A stretch of DNA of 32,000 nucleotides from Candidatus Saccharimonadota bacterium (lineage in GTDB: Bacteria; Pseudomonadota; Gammaproteobacteria; Enterobacterales; Enterobacteriaceae), in the NCBI RefSeq assembly GCF_964059045.1, contig NZ_OZ060402.1, positions 300,001 through 332,000 of the forward strand. The letters are read 5' to 3'. The notes below the pieces were generated by a model. The model did no database searches, was not told the origin of the DNA, and saw only the letters and a list, made by a program, of their open reading frames with translations. Shown here one piece after another: positions 29,418 to 32,000 of the stretch. How positions within the stretch are numbered: the stretch's first letter is position 1; every line of letters begins with the position of its first letter. A program made the translations under genes and the position numbers.

Positions 29418-29505
29418 CATTATATATAATAATAATCAAATCAATTAATATTGATATTGTTCATAATATTTATCATTTTTATAAAAATTATTTGGAGTTT
29501 TAAAT

Positions 29506-29724
29506 ATGACCAAAGAAGAAAATATTGAGATGCAAGGTACAATCATAGATACTTTGCCTAATACTATGTTTCATGTCAAATTAGAAAATGGACATAATAT
29601 TATTGCTCATATTTCTGGGAAAATGAGAAAAAATTATATTAGAATTTTAACAGGAGACAAAGTAACTGTAGAATTAACAACTTATGATTTAACTAAAGGA
29701 AGGATAGTATTTCGTAGTCGATAA
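29506..29724 (+). CDS. infA: translation initiation factor IF-1
   Basis: 72 aa, near-identical to E. coli InfA ([30 protein letters not shown] vs [30 protein letters not shown]). GGAG SD upstream. Confidence 0.97.
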   Translation: MTKEENIEMQGTIIDTLPNTMFHVKLENGHNIIAHISGKMRKNYIRILTGDKVTVELTTYDLTKGRIVFRSR

Positions 29725-29822
29725 TAAAAAATATTTATTAAATAAAATTATTTTATAAAAATTATAAAAATTATGGTTTTATTTTTTAAATTAAACAAAT
29801 AATTTTTAAAATCATAAATAAA

Positions 29823-29863
29823 AATTTTTATATATTATTACGCTATAATAATATATAAAAATT
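29823..29863 (+). terminator. 41-nt perfect hairpin (18-bp arms, loop cgcta) between infA and aspS; candidate infA terminator
   Basis: aatttttatatattatta (29823-29840) is the exact reverse complement of taataatatataaaaatt (29846-29863). It starts 99 nt after the infA stop. The only G/C bases are in the loop. Confidence 0.4.
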
Positions 29864-30039
29864 ATAATTTTTATAATAAATGTTTAATATTAATATCTTT
29901 CATAAACAATAATTGATTTTTTATTTTAAATATAAAAATATATTAATAATTTTTATTATAATCAATAATGATTAATTTTAAAAAAATTAAAAATTTTTAA
30001 TAAAAATATTATTTTAATTAAAACACCAGGAAGTATGAA

Positions 30040-31800
30040 ATGCGTACTGCATATTGTGGAAAATTACGATTAAATCATGTCAATGAAACAGTAAGATTAT
30101 GTGGATGGGTTCAAAATATTCGTCATTTTAAAAAAATTATTTTTATTAATATGCGTGATTGTAATGGTATAGTTCAAATTATAATTGATAATCGTGAATT
30201 GCAATTATTTGAAAAAGCTAAAACACTAAGAAATGAATTTTGCATACAAATAACTGGTATTGTTCAAGAAAAAAATGCAAAGAATATATCTATACAAAAT
30301 GGTGATATTGAAGTATTAGTTTCTGAATTAATTATTATTAATTCTTCCAATCCTCTTCCTTTAGACCAAACTAAAAAAAATAAAAAAAATGTTAGTTTAA
30401 AATATAGATATTTAGAATTAAGAAATTCAAACATAATCAATAATCTTAAAATTCGAAATGATGTTATAAATTTTATTCATAACTTTTTATATAAAAATAA
30501 TTTTTTATATATTGAAACACCTATTTTAACACAATCAACACCTGAAGGTGCTCGAGATTATTTAGTGCCTAGTCGTATTCATAAAAAAAAATTTTATGCT
30601 CTTCCACAATCTCCTCAATTATTTAAACAATTGTTAATGATAGCCGGAATCGATCGATATTATCAAATAGCAAAATGTTTTAGAGATGAAGATTTAAGAT
30701 CAGATCGACAACCGGAATTTACACAAATTGATCTAGAGTTATCTTTTGTGAATGCTATTCAAGTTCAAAATATCATTGAATTGATGATATGTAATTTATG
30801 GATGAAAATCAAAAATATAAATTTACCAAAATTTCCTAAAATAACTTTTAAAGAATCAATAAAATTATATGGAACAGATAAACCGGATTTACGTAATCCA
30901 ATCATGATGACAAATATAAAAACATTATTTTCATCAACGATATACCATGAATTTACACCATTTATGAAAGATGAAAATAGTCGAATTGTAGCAATAAATA
31001 TTCCTGATGGAAATAATTTAAGTGATATTGAAATTCAAAAATATCAAATAGAAACTGAACAATATCATAATTCAATTTTTTTATGCATAAAAAATAATCA
31101 ATTACAATTTATTAATAAAAATTTTAAACATTCAATAAAAAAAATTTTTACATTAAACGTTGTTCAAGAAATTATAAAAAAAACGTGTTCAAAAAAAAAT
31201 CATGTGATTTTTATTATAGCTAATAAAACAAATATAATTCATGAAGTCTTTAATAAAATAAAAAAATCAATAGGAACACTATTAAAAATTATTCAAAATA
31301 ATGTTTATAAACCAATTTGGATCACTGAGTTTCCTATGTTTTATGAAGAAATAGATGGCACACTTTCTTGTATGCATCATCCTTTTTCAGCACCTCTAAA
31401 TATTACAATTGAAGAATTAAGATCCATGCCAAAAAAAACAATTTCAAATTCATACGATTTAGTTATTAATGGATATGAATTAGGAGGAGGTTCAGTACGT
31501 ATTCATGACCCTGTTATGCAAAAAACAGTGTTAGATATAATTTCTATCAATAAACCAGAAGAACAAAGATCAAAATTTGATTTTTTTATTAATGCATTAG
31601 GATATGGAACTCCTGTACATGCAGGAATTGCTTTAGGATTAGATAGATTAATTATGTTATTAACTAATAATCATGATATAAAAGATGTTATTGCTTTTCC
31701 TAAAACGACTACAGCATCTTGTTTAATGACTAACGCACCTAATAAAATAAATGAACAAACATTAAATGAATTATTTATACAATATAATAAAGAAAATTAA
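30040..31800 (+). CDS. aspS: aspartate--tRNA ligase
   Basis: 586 aa versus 590 aa in E. coli. It has an N-terminal OB fold (RLCGWVQNIR). Class II motifs: YALPQSPQLFKQLLM, FRDEDLRSDRQPEFTQID, ELGGGSVRIH, GIALGLDRL. AGGAAG SD 7 nt upstream. Confidence 0.96.
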   Translation: MRTAYCGKLRLNHVNETVRLCGWVQNIRHFKKIIFINMRDCNGIVQIIIDNRELQLFEKAKTLRNEFCIQITGIVQEKNAKNISIQNGDIEVLVSELIIINSSNPLPLDQTKKNKKNVSLKYRYLELRNSNIINNLKIRNDVINFIHNFLYKNNFLYIETPILTQSTPEGARDYLVPSRIHKKKFYALPQSPQLFKQLLMIAGIDRYYQIAKCFRDEDLRSDRQPEFTQIDLELSFVNAIQVQNIIELMICNLWMKIKNINLPKFPKITFKESIKLYGTDKPDLRNPIMMTNIKTLFSSTIYHEFTPFMKDENSRIVAINIPDGNNLSDIEIQKYQIETEQYHNSIFLCIKNNQLQFINKNFKHSIKKIFTLNVVQEIIKKTCSKKNHVIFIIANKTNIIHEVFNKIKKSIGTLLKIIQNNVYKPIWITEFPMFYEEIDGTLSCMHHPFSAPLNITIEELRSMPKKTISNSYDLVINGYELGGGSVRIHDPVMQKTVLDIISINKPEEQRSKFDFFINALGYGTPVHAGIALGLDRLIMLLTNNHDIKDVIAFPKTTTASCLMTNAPNKINEQTLNELFIQYNKEN

Positions 31801-32000
31801 TTTATTAATTTATTTCATAAATATTTTTTTACAAAAATATCAATTATCATTGAATCTAATATATATAAAAATATATATTATTAAAAATGAATTTAAAAAA
31901 TTAATTTAAAAAATAAAACAATAATCAAATTTTGATTATTAGATATTGAAGAATTCTGTCAAATAATAAATATAAAATATATATTTTAATAATAAAAATC

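Noticed and set aside
1-32000. Search for CRISPR arrays, IS elements, integrases, phage or toxin-antitoxin/defence modules, and tRNA or rRNA genes
   Set aside because: No regularly spaced repeats are present. No ORF has transposase, integrase, nuclease or defence-type motifs. No G+C-rich cloverleaf-sized islands were seen other than the ihfB relic. Every ORF of 100 aa or more on the track is accounted for by a housekeeping gene or its shadow.

Overview
This is a 32-kb block of core housekeeping genes in extremely A+T-rich DNA (by eye about four-fifths A+T, with spacers almost pure A/T). All products are colinear with Enterobacterales orthologues. The gene order is hisS-glyA-bioB-pgl-mfd-gapA-fldA-phrB-ybgI-sucA-sucB-gpmA-pfkA-glpF-tpiA-[ihfB]-rpsA-cmk-aroA-serC-serS-trxB-infA-aspS. 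That order matches my memory of the Buchnera aphidicola chromosome, so the source is most likely an aphid primary endosymbiont or a very similar reduced gammaproteobacterial symbiont. I count 20 apparently intact full-length CDS, one CDS cut by the window edge (hisS), two genes broken by single-base frameshifts in 10-nt homopolymers (trxB, glpF) and one dead gene (ihfB). I see no rRNA, tRNA, CRISPR array, IS or transposase, integrase, phage gene or defence-type gene, and no evidence of a novel multi-gene system. The unusual material is structural and degenerative. (1) A perfect 135-bp palindrome fills the convergent gapA/fldA spacer and overlaps the gapA stop codon. (2) The spacers carry several other long perfect hairpins, mostly at gene 3' ends. 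(3) trxB (A10) and glpF (T10) would each become full length if the run were one base longer, which fits either transcriptional slippage rescue or a sequencing under-call. (4) An unannotated ihfB relic still has its SD, ATG and MTKSEL N-terminus. (5) Mfd lacks its UvrA-recruiting N-terminal third. (6) bioB stands alone, with its usual neighbours deleted. (7) A 913-bp gene-free spacer lies where I recall lolCDE in other Buchnera. All alignments were done by eye from remembered E. coli sequences and nothing was computed.
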